Shown here: positions 20,262-30,188 of the stretch, piece after piece
Layout: each line of letters starts with the position of its first letter
Position numbering within the stretch: position 1 is the first letter of the stretch
NCBI GenBank assembly: GCA_963755125.1
Contig: CAVWIP010000015.1
Coordinates: 64,001 to 128,000, forward strand
DNA: 64,000 nt
Direction of reading: 5' to 3'
From: an uncultured delta proteobacterium
GTDB taxonomy: Bacteria; Myxococcota_A; Polyangia; Fen-1088
Notes under the pieces: model-generated
Database searches by the model: none
Told to the model about the DNA's origin: nothing
What the model saw: only the letters and a program-made list of their open reading frames with translations
Program-made: the position numbers and the translations under genes

Positions 20262-22145
20262 ATGAACGACAGAGGCATGGCGCCCACCGAGATGGCGGAG
20301 GCTGCGACTGATCCGCACGTAGGCACCGTCGTGGGCGAGCGCTACCGGGTGCTCGCGCGCATTGGCGAGGGCGGCATGGGGGCGGTGTTCCGCGCCGAGC
20401 ACATTCTGATGAAGAAGGTGGTGGCGCTCAAGCTCCTGCACGCCGATATGGGGCAGATCGAGGAGGCTGGGCGGCGCTTCGAGCGCGAGGCGCAGTCGGC
20501 CTCGCGCCTGAATCATCCCAACATCGTGTCGGTCACCGATTTCGGCCGCAACCACACCGGCGAGCTGTTCCTGGTTATGGAATTCGTGGCGGGCGAATCG
20601 CTCGGCGATGTGCTGGCACGCGAGGGCCGGTTGTCGGTGACACGCGCGTGCCGGCTGGCGGGCCAGATCTTGAGCGCGCTCGAACACGCGCACGGGCAGA
20701 AGGTCATTCACCGCGATCTCAAGCCGGGCAATGTGATGCTGGTGCAGAGCCCGGATCCACGTCTGGGTGAGATGGCCAAGATCCTGGATTTCGGAATCGC
20801 CAAGATTACGGAAAACAGCGAGGGCGAGCAGCCCTTGACCAAGGGCGTGATGATCTTCGGCACGCCCAGCACCATGTCGCCCGAGCAAGCCACCGGGCAA
20901 GAGGTTGACGCCCGATCCGATCTCTATTCGTGCGGGATCATCCTGTACGAGATGTTGACCGGCAAGAAGCCCTTCGAAAGCGAGGACGTGGTCAAGCTGA
21001 TGGCCATGCAGGTGACGGCGCCGCCGCCGCCGTTCGCTAGCGTGGCGCCCGGCGCAGGTTTTCCGGCGGCCTTGGAGACCGTAGTCATGCGTGCCCTGGA
21101 GAAAGAGCGCGAGCGTCGCTACAGTACGGCGGCCGAGTTTCGCGAGGCGCTGGAAAGGGCCGAGGCAGAAGTGGGCGGAGCGGGCGAGCGCCTGGCCGCT
21201 GTGGCCGCGCGCCTGGGCAAGACAGTCGGCGCGGGGCTGTGGGCTAGGTGGTCGCTGCCGTGGGCCGCGTTCCGCAAGCTATGGCGCGCGTTGGGGTGGG
21301 CGGGACGCCGGATGGCAAGGGCAGTAGGCTCGCTGATCGCGCGCCTGCCTCTCCGCGCACAGCCGTGGGTCAAGCCTGTTGCGGTTCTGGTGGCTGCAGC
21401 GTTGGTGGCAATCCTGCTCGTCGGCCACCGACATGGCGCTGCCCCTCGCTTGCTGCCGCCGCGGCCCAGGCCACTGGCGCAGGAGATGAAATCTCCTATC
21501 AAGGACATCGAGGACGCGATGGCCAGGGCGCACTTGACCGAGGCCCGCGTTCTCATCATGCAGCAGATCTCGGAACACCCCGACGTGGCGCGGGTGCGCT
21601 ACCTGCTCGGAAATCTGGAGTTCGCCGACAAGAACCCGGCTGCGGGTCTTCATGCCTACGAGGAGGCTCTGCGCATGGATGCGGGGCTGCGCGGCGATGC
21701 CGCGCTGCTGGTCAACCTGCGCGGGCTGTTGGCCGACAAGAAGCTCGGCCGGAGCGCCCTCGATCTCATGATAGGGCAGATCGGCGTCCCGGCTTGCAGC
21801 GCGCTGGCCGAGATTGCCAGCGAGGACCGCCGCGTGGATTTTCGGCAGGATGCACGTTCGGCCTGCGATAGTCTGAAATGCCCTGACAACGTGGACCGGG
21901 TGAAGAGCTACGCCCTGGATTTGGCGCAAGGGCGCAACTGCGCGGAGAAACGCGAGGCGGTCGAGCAACTCGGCGCGACCAAGGACTCGCGCGCGGTCGA
22001 GCCCTTGCGGCGAGCTCGCACCAGCGAGCGCGGCGGGCTTCTCGGCAGGGTGCTCGGCGGCGGAGGCAACTCCTGCATCATCAGGGACATCGACGCCGCC
22101 CTCAAGGAACTGGGCGCTGAGCCGCCGTCGCACAAGAAGAAGTAG
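20262..22145 (+). CDS. Membrane Ser/Thr protein kinase with C-terminal TPR/HEAT-like periplasmic domain
   Basis: IGEGGMGAVF, VALK, HRDLKPGN, DFG, SPEQ, SDLYS; TM helix; start could be 20277. Confidence 0.95.
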   Translation: MNDRGMAPTEMAEAATDPHVGTVVGERYRVLARIGEGGMGAVFRAEHILMKKVVALKLLHADMGQIEEAGRRFEREAQSASRLNHPNIVSVTDFGRNHTGELFLVMEFVAGESLGDVLAREGRLSVTRACRLAGQILSALEHAHGQKVIHRDLKPGNVMLVQSPDPRLGEMAKILDFGIAKITENSEGEQPLTKGVMIFGTPSTMSPEQATGQEVDARSDLYSCGIILYEMLTGKKPFESEDVVKLMAMQVTAPPPPFASVAPGAGFPAALETVVMRALEKERERRYSTAAEFREALERAEAEVGGAGERLAAVAARLGKTVGAGLWARWSLPWAAFRKLWRALGWAGRRMARAVGSLIARLPLRAQPWVKPVAVLVAAALVAILLVGHRHGAAPRLLPPRPRPLAQEMKSPIKDIEDAMARAHLTEARVLIMQQISEHPDVARVRYLLGNLEFADKNPAAGLHAYEEALRMDAGLRGDAALLVNLRGLLADKKLGRSALDLMIGQIGVPACSALAEIASEDRRVDFRQDARSACDSLKCPDNVDRVKSYALDLAQGRNCAEKREAVEQLGATKDSRAVEPLRRARTSERGGLLGRVLGGGGNSCIIRDIDAALKELGAEPPSHKKK

Positions 22146-22257
22146 TTAGCTTCTTCACCACGTCACTGACCTGCGGTCTTCACAGATCCGCTCCATTCAG
22201 CAGCCCGGCGCAAATTCCGAACGCGGGTGGTGACATCAGACGCCCGCACTGTGACAC

Positions 22258-22335
22258 AACGCCGATGGCGGCTACCCTGATTGCCCGCAAGGCTCGCAAT
22301 GCGCGAACGGAATCTGCAAATTCGGCGGAGCCTAG
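22258..22335 (+). pseudogene. Possible C-terminal remnant of a Cys-rich lipoprotein gene
   Basis: Frame reads NADGGYPDCPQGSQCANGICKFGGA*, with an in-frame stop just upstream and no start. Confidence 0.3.
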
Positions 22336-22446
22336 CCCCGAGTGTAGGGATAGCTTGGGTGTGTAGGTTGATGTAGTTGACGTAAGATCAGTTATCGGCG
22401 CTCTTGCAGATGCGATTCGGTGGAGGAAAAGTAGCGCTTGAAATGC

Positions 22447-23901
22447 CTATGCTCTGCTCCGCAGCTTAGAATGTTTGCGACTGTAGGAGAAGTAGATGAC
22501 CAGGCCGATGGCCATCCACACGAAGAGCCGGATGAGCGTGTGCGTGGTGGCGGTGTACATCAGTCCCCCGGAAAAGAGCGCACCCAGGATCGGGATGACG
22601 AATGGCCCGCCCGGCACCCTGAACGAACGCGGGATGTCCGGGCGCTTGAGGCGCAGGATCATCACGCCCAGGCTGACCAGCACGAACGCGAACAGGGTGC
22701 CGATGCTGGTCAGCTCGCCCAGGATGTCGATGGGCAAAAGGCCGCCCGCCACGGCGCAGACCAGGCCGGTAGTGATGGTGGTGATGTGCGGCGTGCCGAA
22801 GCGCGGATGGACCTTGGCGGCAAAGGGGGGCAGAAGCCCGTCGACCGCCATGGAAAAGAAGATGCGCGGCTGCCCCAGCAGCATGACCACCATGACCGAC
22901 GACAGCCCGGCGATGGCGCCGATCTCGACCGCGGTCTCCAGCCAGTGCACGCCCGTGGCCGCGATGCCCACCGCGATGGGGTGGGGCACCGAGAGCTTGC
23001 TGTAGTGAACCACGCCGGTCAGGATGAGCGACACGCTGATGTAGAGCACCGTACATATGATGAGTGAGCCCAGGATGCCGATGGGGAGCTCGCGGCGCGG
23101 GTTGCGCGTCTCCTGCGCGGCGGTGGACACGGCGTCGAACCCGATGTACGCGAAGAAGACCATGGTCGCACCCTGCAGGATGCCGGAGATGCCAAAGCGG
23201 CCGAACACGCCGGTGTTTTGCGGGATGAACGGGTGCCAGTTCTCGGTGCGGATGAAGGGCGTCGCAGCGGCGATGAAGAGCAGGACCACCGCGACCTTGA
23301 TGACCACGATCACCGAGTTGAAACGGGCCGACTCCTTGATGCCCACCACCAGGATGGCGGTGACGAAGAGGGTGATCAGCACCGCCGGCAGGTTGATGAT
23401 GGCGCCGGTGAACTGCACGTGCCGATGGGCCTCGCTCCACACCAGCGGCGAACTGGTCCAGGCCGTGGGCATCTTCCACCCGGTCACGTTGGCAACGAAG
23501 GCGACCATGTAGCCCGACCAGCCCACGCTCACCGTGGCCGCGCCGACCAGGTATTCCAGGATCAAGTCCCATCCGATGACCCAGGCGACCAGTTCACCCA
23601 TGGTGGCGTATGAATAGGTGTACGCGCTGCCGGCGATCGGGATCATCGACGCCATCTCGGCGTAGCACAGCCCCGCGAAGGCGGACGCGACGCCCGCGAC
23701 GGTGAAAGACAGGGCGACGGCAGGGCCGGCGTTGGCGGCGGCCGCCCGGCCGGTGAGCACGAATATGCCGGTGCCGATGATGGCGCCGATGCCGAGCAGG
23801 ACAAGATCCAGCGCGCCCAGGGTGCGCTTGAGGCCATAGGCAAACTCCGCATCCTCGCGCAGCTTGTCCACGCTCTTGGTGGCAAACAGGGGATGGGCCA
23901 C
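22447..23901 (-). CDS. APC superfamily amino acid permease (cationic amino acid transporter-like)
   Basis: GIGAIIGTGIFVLTG, CYAEMASMIPIAGSAYTY, FFAYIGFDAV; GTG start overlapping the upstream TAG, with AGGAG RBS. Confidence 0.95.
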   Translation of the reverse strand: MAHPLFATKSVDKLREDAEFAYGLKRTLGALDLVLLGIGAIIGTGIFVLTGRAAAANAGPAVALSFTVAGVASAFAGLCYAEMASMIPIAGSAYTYSYATMGELVAWVIGWDLILEYLVGAATVSVGWSGYMVAFVANVTGWKMPTAWTSSPLVWSEAHRHVQFTGAIINLPAVLITLFVTAILVVGIKESARFNSVIVVIKVAVVLLFIAAATPFIRTENWHPFIPQNTGVFGRFGISGILQGATMVFFAYIGFDAVSTAAQETRNPRRELPIGILGSLIICTVLYISVSLILTGVVHYSKLSVPHPIAVGIAATGVHWLETAVEIGAIAGLSSVMVVMLLGQPRIFFSMAVDGLLPPFAAKVHPRFGTPHITTITTGLVCAVAGGLLPIDILGELTSIGTLFAFVLVSLGVMILRLKRPDIPRSFRVPGGPFVIPILGALFSGGLMYTATTHTLIRLFVWMAIGLVIYFSYSRKHSKLRSRA

Positions 23902-24854
23902 TAGCCGACTCCTGTTGCGGACGGCCGAGCCCGCGGTCGGTCCTTGGCCGCAGAATGCAGCATGGCCAGGGCACTGTAGGTCACCACCCCGATGACCAGC
24001 CAGCGAAGCTGATCGACCTTTAGTTCGCGCACCACGTAGGCCGCCAGCAGCACGCCGGGCACCCCGCCCAGGGCCAAACCCAGGGCGGCGCGCGGCGAGT
24101 AGCTGCCGCGTCCGATGAAGCGAATACCACTGGTCGGCATGATGAATGCGCACGAGCCCATCATCACCGGGAACACCGCTTTCAGGTCCATGCCGAGAAA
24201 CCCGAACAGGATGAGGCTGGGCGCGTAGGCGCCGATGCCCAGATTCATCAGGGCACCAAAGGCAAAGTTGCCGGCCAGGCCGACGGCCATGCGCCAGCCG
24301 TGGAGACCCAGGGTGTCTCCCCCTCCCGGCAGATAGTGCAGGGCACTGGCCAGCATCAATCCCGCAGCACCGAGCAACGCAAAGCCCATGCCGATCTGGA
24401 TCTTGCGCTTGGGCCAACCCGCCACCACGCCAGCGCCGAGCCACGAGCCGAGCACCGATGCGGCGACGAGCAGCACCAGAGAGGTCATCTCCACCTTCAC
24501 GATATGGATGTAGATCACCGCCTGGGCAACGGTCGGCCACATATGTCCGACCAGCAGCGTTCCCGGGATGAGGCGATCGGGGACCAGCCGGAACAGCTTG
24601 TAGATGGACGTCGTGGTCGCGTACGAGCCGATGCCCAGGGTGTCGAAGAAGTTCGTGACGAACCCGATGGCGGTTTGCACCGGCGAGGCCAGCCCGGCTC
24701 GCGCGGCGGCTGCCTCGTTGCCGTCGCCGGCAGGCCCAGCGTCGTCCAGCGCGACCCGCGCTCGTCTGCGAGCGATGTCGCGGCCCCAGAGCGCGGTGAA
24801 GACCGCGCCGAAGCCGGCCAAGGTCAGCATGAGAAGGGCTCTCACCCCAAGCAT
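23901..24854 (-). CDS. TauE/SafE (TSUP) family membrane transporter
   Basis: NFFDTLGIGSYATTT, LGIGAYAP, FPVMMGSCAF motifs; multi-TM. Confidence 0.8.
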   Translation of the reverse strand: MLGVRALLMLTLAGFGAVFTALWGRDIARRRARVALDDAGPAGDGNEAAAARAGLASPVQTAIGFVTNFFDTLGIGSYATTTSIYKLFRLVPDRLIPGTLLVGHMWPTVAQAVIYIHIVKVEMTSLVLLVAASVLGSWLGAGVVAGWPKRKIQIGMGFALLGAAGLMLASALHYLPGGGDTLGLHGWRMAVGLAGNFAFGALMNLGIGAYAPSLILFGFLGMDLKAVFPVMMGSCAFIMPTSGIRFIGRGSYSPRAALGLALGGVPGVLLAAYVVRELKVDQLRWLVIGVVTYSALAMLHSAAKDRPRARPSATGVG

Positions 24855-25035
24855 GGGCGCCATGGTACACGGAAGTCGTCCTTGACGCATACGACAGCAC
24901 CGGCGCCGAATGAAAATCGAGGGTTAGCGGTCGCGGCCGTGGCGGGGATGGGGATCGGCAGATCGTCCTCAACCTTGGTGCCGAAGTGCCGATGGTTCAC
25001 TCAACGGGCTTTCGGCCCATAAGGCAGCAAACCAA

Positions 25036-26223
25036 GTGGACCCCAAAATAGGATCCGCCCAGGCCAGCTGGTCGCAAGAGGGAAAGCTGCGGCCCCTGGT
25101 TCTTGTTGTGGACGATGACGAGGCATTCACTCGCTCATGCGCGCGCGTCCTGGAAAGCTGGGGCTATGACGTGGAGACGGCGTGCGAGGGTGGTGCGGCC
25201 ATCGAGCTGGCGCGCGCGCAGCAATTCGATGTCGTGCTGACCGACATCAATGTCCCCACCTTCAGCGGCCTGGAGATCCTGCGTGCGGTTCGCGAACGTG
25301 ACCGGGACATACCCGTGATCCTGATGACCGGTGGCCCAGGCCTGGATAGCGCTCGCGTGGCAGTGGAGTGGGGCGCCCTGAGCTATCTCATCAAGCCGCT
25401 GTCCATGTCCCAGCTCAAGGACGTGCTCTCGCGCGCGGTACAGATGCACCGGGTGGCGCGGCGCGAGCGACGGATCGTACACTCCACCGAAGAGCACGAA
25501 CGCGAGATGGAGGCGATGCGCGTGCGCTTCGATAGGGCGCTGGCGGGCATGTGGACGGCATTCCAGCCCATCGTGTCCTGGTCGCGCAAGACCGTGGTGG
25601 CCTACGAAGCGCTCATGCGCACCACCGACCGCGAGCTGTTCTCGCCCTTGGAGATTCTCAAGACCGCCGAGGCTCTGGACGAGATGCCGACGCTGGGGCG
25701 CAAAACGCGGAGCCTGGTTGCCGAGGTGCTGCGCGAACACCCGGAGCTGCCGGGGGTGTTCGTCAATCTGCACGTGCTCGACCTGCTCGACGAAGATCTC
25801 TACTCGCCACAAGCGCCGCTGTCCGAGTTTGCCTCACGCATCCACCTCGAGATCACGGAGCGCATGGCGCTGGAGAAGATCCCCGATATTCGCGAGCGCG
25901 TGGTGCGCCTGCGCAAGCTGGGCTATCGCATCGCGGTCGATGATCTGGGTGAGGGCTACTCGGGGCTGAACAGCTTCGCACAGCTCGAGCCCGACGTGGT
26001 CAAGCTGGACATGGGGCTCATCCGCGGCATCGACACCACGCCAACCAAGCGCAAGATGGTCCACGCCCTGGCCAGCCTGTGCCTGGAACTGAAGACGCCA
26101 CTGGTAGCCGAGGGGGTCGAAACCGAGGCCGAGCGCAACATTCTTGTCGACCTGGGAGCGGATCTCTTCCAGGGCTACCTTTTCGCGCGCCCCGGCGCTC
26201 CGTTCCCGGTCGCGAACATCTAG
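25036..26223 (+). CDS. Response regulator with EAL domain (c-di-GMP phosphodiesterase)
   Basis: Receiver VVDDD/TDINV/YLIKP; FQPIV, YEALMR, EITE, DDLGEGYS, KLD, EGVET and QGY motifs all present. Confidence 0.93.
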   Translation: MDPKIGSAQASWSQEGKLRPLVLVVDDDEAFTRSCARVLESWGYDVETACEGGAAIELARAQQFDVVLTDINVPTFSGLEILRAVRERDRDIPVILMTGGPGLDSARVAVEWGALSYLIKPLSMSQLKDVLSRAVQMHRVARRERRIVHSTEEHEREMEAMRVRFDRALAGMWTAFQPIVSWSRKTVVAYEALMRTTDRELFSPLEILKTAEALDEMPTLGRKTRSLVAEVLREHPELPGVFVNLHVLDLLDEDLYSPQAPLSEFASRIHLEITERMALEKIPDIRERVVRLRKLGYRIAVDDLGEGYSGLNSFAQLEPDVVKLDMGLIRGIDTTPTKRKMVHALASLCLELKTPLVAEGVETEAERNILVDLGADLFQGYLFARPGAPFPVANI

Positions 26224-26534
26224 GGTTGGGCGATCGGCGCTTCGCCGGCCGGAGCTGGTACGTCGTTGATCCCGAAATGACGCGCGAACGGGTCGACGAT
26301 GATCTCTTGCAGAAGATCGACGCGCAGCTTGCCGCAGGAAAATAGTCAGCGGATCTCCGCCGTCGCGCGACCATTTCTCGTCGGAGAGCGGTGCGTTGGT
26401 CGGGCTGCGATTCCACTCTCGCCCACGGGCGCAATGGCAGCGTTGCGTTTGCAAAAGTTCCTGTTGCTTCGCTGACACAGCGGACGTAAGAAAGCTGCGT
26501 TTTTCCTAAGTTTTACCCCCTGGAGGACCACGAC

Positions 26535-29500
26535 ATGGCTCGCAAGAAAGTCACCATTGACGGCAACGAAGCCGCTGCCTACGTCGCGCACAAGACCAAC
26601 GAGGTCTGCGCCATCTACCCCATCACCCCTTCGTCGAACATGGGTGAGTGGGCCGATGAGTGGTCGGCCATGGGTCGCACCAACATCTGGGGCACGATTC
26701 CGTCCGTGGTCGAGATGCAGAGCGAGGCGGGCGCTTCCGCCACGACCCACGGCGCCCTTCAGGCGGGCGCGCTGACCACGACCTTCACGGCCGCGCAGGG
26801 CCTCTTGCTCATGATCCCGACCATGTTCAAGGTCGCGGGTGAGCTGACCTCGACGGTGTGGCACGTTTCGGCGCGCACCGTAGCCACCCACGCCCTGTCG
26901 ATCTTCGGCGACCACGGCGACGTGATGGCCGTGCGATCCACCGGCTTTGGCCTCATCTGCACCGGTTCCGTGCAGGAGGTCATGGACATGGCCCTGATCG
27001 CGCAGGCCTCGACCCTGCAGGCGCGGGTGCCCTTCATCCATTTCTTCGACGGTTTCCGCACCTCGCACGAGGTGCAGAAGATCGAGCAGCTCACCGACGA
27101 GGACATCAAGGCCATGGTCACCGACGACCTGGTCAACGCGCATCGCGCGCGTGCCATGACGCCCGACCGGCCCGTGTTGCGCGGCACTTCGCAGAACCCC
27201 GATGTCTTCTTCCAGGCGCGCGAGGCGTGCAACAAGTACTACGACGCGGCCCCGGCCATCGTGCAGGCGCAGATGGACAAGTTCGCCAAGATCGTGGGCC
27301 GCTCCTACCACCTGTTCGACTACGTCGGTCCTGCGGATGCCGAGCGCGTGATCGTGGTCATGGGAACCGGCGCCGAGATCGTGCACGAGACGGTGGATGT
27401 GCTGGCCAAGAAGGGCGAGAAGGTTGGCGTGGTCAAGGTGCGCCTCTATCGTCCGTTCTCGATGGAGCACCTGGTGGCTGCGCTGCCCAAGACGGTCAAG
27501 GCCATCTCGGTCCTGGATCGCACGAAGGAGCCGGGCTGCGCTGGCGAGCCGATGTATCAGGACGTGATCACTGCGCTGGCCGAGGCCCAGGCCGCAGGCA
27601 AGCTGCCCTTCGCCATGCCGAAAGTGGTGGGCGGCCGCTATGGTCTGTCGTCCAAGGAATTCACCCCCGCCATGGTCAAGGCGGTGTTCGACGAGCTGAA
27701 GAAGCCGGCGCCCAAGAACCACTTCACCGTGGGCATCAACGACGACGTGACCCACACCTCCCTTGCCGTGGACTACAGCTTCTCCACCGAGACCGACAGC
27801 GTGAAGCGCTGCCTGTTCTACGGACTCGGCTCTGACGGCACGGTGGGTGCCAACAAGAACTCGATCAAGATCATCGGCGAGGAGCCCCGTTTCTACGCCC
27901 AGGGCTACTTCGTCTATGACTCGAAGAAGGCCGGCGCGGTCACCGTGTCGCACCTGCGCTTCGGGCCCGACGTGATTCGCTCCAGCTACCTCATCACGGA
28001 AGCGCAGTTCCTGGCCTGCCACCAGTGGTCGTTTCTCGAGCGCTACGACATGCTCCAGTACTGCCAGTCCGGCGGCGTGTTCCTGCTCAACAGCGTGTAC
28101 GGCCCGGACGAGGTCTGGGACAAGCTGCCGCAGGAAGTGCAGAAGCAGATCATCGACAAGAAGCTGCGCTTCTTCGTCATCGACGCCTACAAGGTGGCCA
28201 AGGAAACCGGGATGGGGGCGCGGGTCAACACCATCATGCAGACCTGCTTCTTCAGCATCTCGGGCGTGTTGCCCGCGGAGGAGGCCATTGCCAAGATCAA
28301 GAAGACCATCCAGAAGACCTACGAGCGCAAGGGTCCCGAGGTGGTGCAGAAGAACTTCAAGGCCGTGGATCAGACGGTGGCTAACCTGAAGCAGGTCAAC
28401 TATCCACAGAAGGTATCGAGCAGCCTGAAGATGCCGCCCATCGTGGCCAAGGAGGCGCCCGAATTCGTGCACAAGGTGACCGCGGAGATCGTCGCCGGTC
28501 GTGGCGACAAGCTGCCGGTCAGCGCCTTTCCGGTCGACGGAACCTTCCCCACCGATACCGCGCGCTGGGAAAAGCGCAACATCGCGCTGGAGATCCCGGT
28601 GTGGTACCCGGACCTGTGTATCCAGTGCAACAAGTGCACCCTGGTGTGCCCGCACGCCTCCATTCGCGCCAAGGTATTCGACGCCAAGCACCTGGAGAAG
28701 AAGCCGGCGACCTTCAAGGCCGTCAAGTACAAGGGCAAGGAATACGGCGATGTGATGTACGCGCTGCAAAGCGCGCCCGAGGACTGCACCGGCTGCAATC
28801 TGTGCGTGGAGGTCTGTCCCGCCACCGACAAGAAGGACAAGACCAAGAAGGCCATCATGATGGAGCCGCAGATTCCGCTGCGTGCCCAGGAACGCGACAA
28901 CTACGCCTTCTTCCTCGATCTGCCCGAGGTGGACCGCCGCCTGGTCAAGGTCGACACGGTCAAGGGTTGCCAGTTCCTGCAGCCGCTCTTCGAGTACTCA
29001 GGGGCCTGCGCCGGCTGCGGCGAAACCCCGTACGTGAAGCTCTTGACCCAGCTCTTCGGCGATCGCGCCATCATCGGCAACGCCACGGGATGCTCGTCGA
29101 TCTACGGCGGCAACCTACCCACCACGCCCTACGCCCAGAACAAGGACGGCCGCGGCCCGGCCTGGAATAACTCGCTCTTCGAGGACACCGCCGAGTTCTC
29201 CCTCGGTTTCCGGGTGACCATCGACAAGCAGAACGAGTACGCCAAGGTGTTGCTGAAGAAGCTGTCGGGTCAGTTGCCCGGCGAGCTGGTCAGCGGACTG
29301 ATGGAGGCCAATCAGGCCGACGAGAAGGGCATCTACGAGCAGCGCGAGCGCGTGGCCTTGCTCAAGCAGACGCTGGCCGGCATCGCTGACCCCGACGCGA
29401 AGAACCTGGCCGGCGTGGCCGACATGCTGGTCAAGAAGAGCGTGTGGGCGGTGGGCGGCGATGGCTGGGCCTACGACATCGGGTACGGCGGGCTGGATCA

Positions 29501-30125
29501 CGTTTTGGCCAGCGGCCGCAACGTGAACATCCTGGTGCTCGACACCGAGGTGTACTCGAACACCGGTGGCCAGTGCTCGAAGGCGACCCCGACCGGCGCC
29601 GTGGCCAAGTTCGCGGCGGCCGGCAAGCCCACGCCCAAGAAGGACCTGGGCATGATGGCCATCGCGTACCGCAACTGCTACGTGGCCAAGGTCGCCATGG
29701 GCTACAGCGACATCCAGACCGTGCGGGCCATGATCGAGGCCGATGCCTACGACGGGCCCTCCATCGTCATCGCGTACAGCCACTGCATCGCCCACGGCAT
29801 CGACATGGCCAAGGGCATGGACAACCAGGTCGCAGCGGTCGACAGCGGCGCCTGGACCCTGTACCGCTTCAACCCGGATCTCTATAACAAGGGAGAGCAC
29901 CCGCTCAAGCTCGACTCCAAGGCGCCCAAGATGACCTACGAACAGTGGGCCATGACCGAGACGCGCTTCCGCTCGCTGGCCCAGATCATGCCGGATCGCG
30001 CGCGTGCCCTGATGGAGCAAGGCCAGCGCGAAGCGAAGGCACGCTGGAAGCTGTACGAGGCTCTGGCGGTCGCCGGCGTGGACTCGCCCTTCGCTCCGCC
30101 CGCGAGCGACAAGCTGGTCTCGTAA
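26535..30125 (+). CDS. nifJ: Pyruvate:ferredoxin (flavodoxin) oxidoreductase, homodimeric
   Basis: YPITPSS, two CxxCxxCxxxCP motifs, ACAGCGETPY, GGDGWAYDIG, SHCIAHG; 1196 aa. Confidence 0.98.
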   Translation: MARKKVTIDGNEAAAYVAHKTNEVCAIYPITPSSNMGEWADEWSAMGRTNIWGTIPSVVEMQSEAGASATTHGALQAGALTTTFTAAQGLLLMIPTMFKVAGELTSTVWHVSARTVATHALSIFGDHGDVMAVRSTGFGLICTGSVQEVMDMALIAQASTLQARVPFIHFFDGFRTSHEVQKIEQLTDEDIKAMVTDDLVNAHRARAMTPDRPVLRGTSQNPDVFFQAREACNKYYDAAPAIVQAQMDKFAKIVGRSYHLFDYVGPADAERVIVVMGTGAEIVHETVDVLAKKGEKVGVVKVRLYRPFSMEHLVAALPKTVKAISVLDRTKEPGCAGEPMYQDVITALAEAQAAGKLPFAMPKVVGGRYGLSSKEFTPAMVKAVFDELKKPAPKNHFTVGINDDVTHTSLAVDYSFSTETDSVKRCLFYGLGSDGTVGANKNSIKIIGEEPRFYAQGYFVYDSKKAGAVTVSHLRFGPDVIRSSYLITEAQFLACHQWSFLERYDMLQYCQSGGVFLLNSVYGPDEVWDKLPQEVQKQIIDKKLRFFVIDAYKVAKETGMGARVNTIMQTCFFSISGVLPAEEAIAKIKKTIQKTYERKGPEVVQKNFKAVDQTVANLKQVNYPQKVSSSLKMPPIVAKEAPEFVHKVTAEIVAGRGDKLPVSAFPVDGTFPTDTARWEKRNIALEIPVWYPDLCIQCNKCTLVCPHASIRAKVFDAKHLEKKPATFKAVKYKGKEYGDVMYALQSAPEDCTGCNLCVEVCPATDKKDKTKKAIMMEPQIPLRAQERDNYAFFLDLPEVDRRLVKVDTVKGCQFLQPLFEYSGACAGCGETPYVKLLTQLFGDRAIIGNATGCSSIYGGNLPTTPYAQNKDGRGPAWNNSLFEDTAEFSLGFRVTIDKQNEYAKVLLKKLSGQLPGELVSGLMEANQADEKGIYEQRERVALLKQTLAGIADPDAKNLAGVADMLVKKSVWAVGGDGWAYDIGYGGLDHVLASGRNVNILVLDTEVYSNTGGQCSKATPTGAVAKFAAAGKPTPKKDLGMMAIAYRNCYVAKVAMGYSDIQTVRAMIEADAYDGPSIVIAYSHCIAHGIDMAKGMDNQVAAVDSGAWTLYRFNPDLYNKGEHPLKLDSKAPKMTYEQWAMTETRFRSLAQIMPDRARALMEQGQREAKARWKLYEALAVAGVDSPFAPPASDKLVS

Positions 30126-30144
30126 CGTTGCACTGAAACGATCC

Positions 30145-30182
30145 AGGCTCGGGCGCCCTCAAGGTTCCCGGGCCTTTCTCTT
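30145..30182 (+). terminator. Intrinsic terminator after nifJ
   Basis: Stem AGGCTCGGG/CCCGGGCCT followed by TTCTCTT. Confidence 0.6.
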
Positions 30183-30188
30183 GCCGGG

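Noticed and set aside
20860..20890. Kinase P+1 loop GTPSTMSPE lacking the usual Tyr, as a sign of a pseudokinase
   Set aside because: All catalytic motifs (Gly loop, VALK, HRD, DFG) are intact; a single substitution is insufficient
22447..24972. 841-aa ORF suggesting a fused permease
   Set aside because: The N-terminal half is an off-frame read of the TauE gene; the real permease starts at GTG 23901 with its own RBS
26346..28769. 807-aa antisense ORF over nifJ, and many similar long shadow ORFs (e.g. 51864-53528, 54210-55901, 45423-47036)
   Set aside because: Expected by-product of high GC3 codon bias opposite or overlapping well-supported genes; no recognisable motifs
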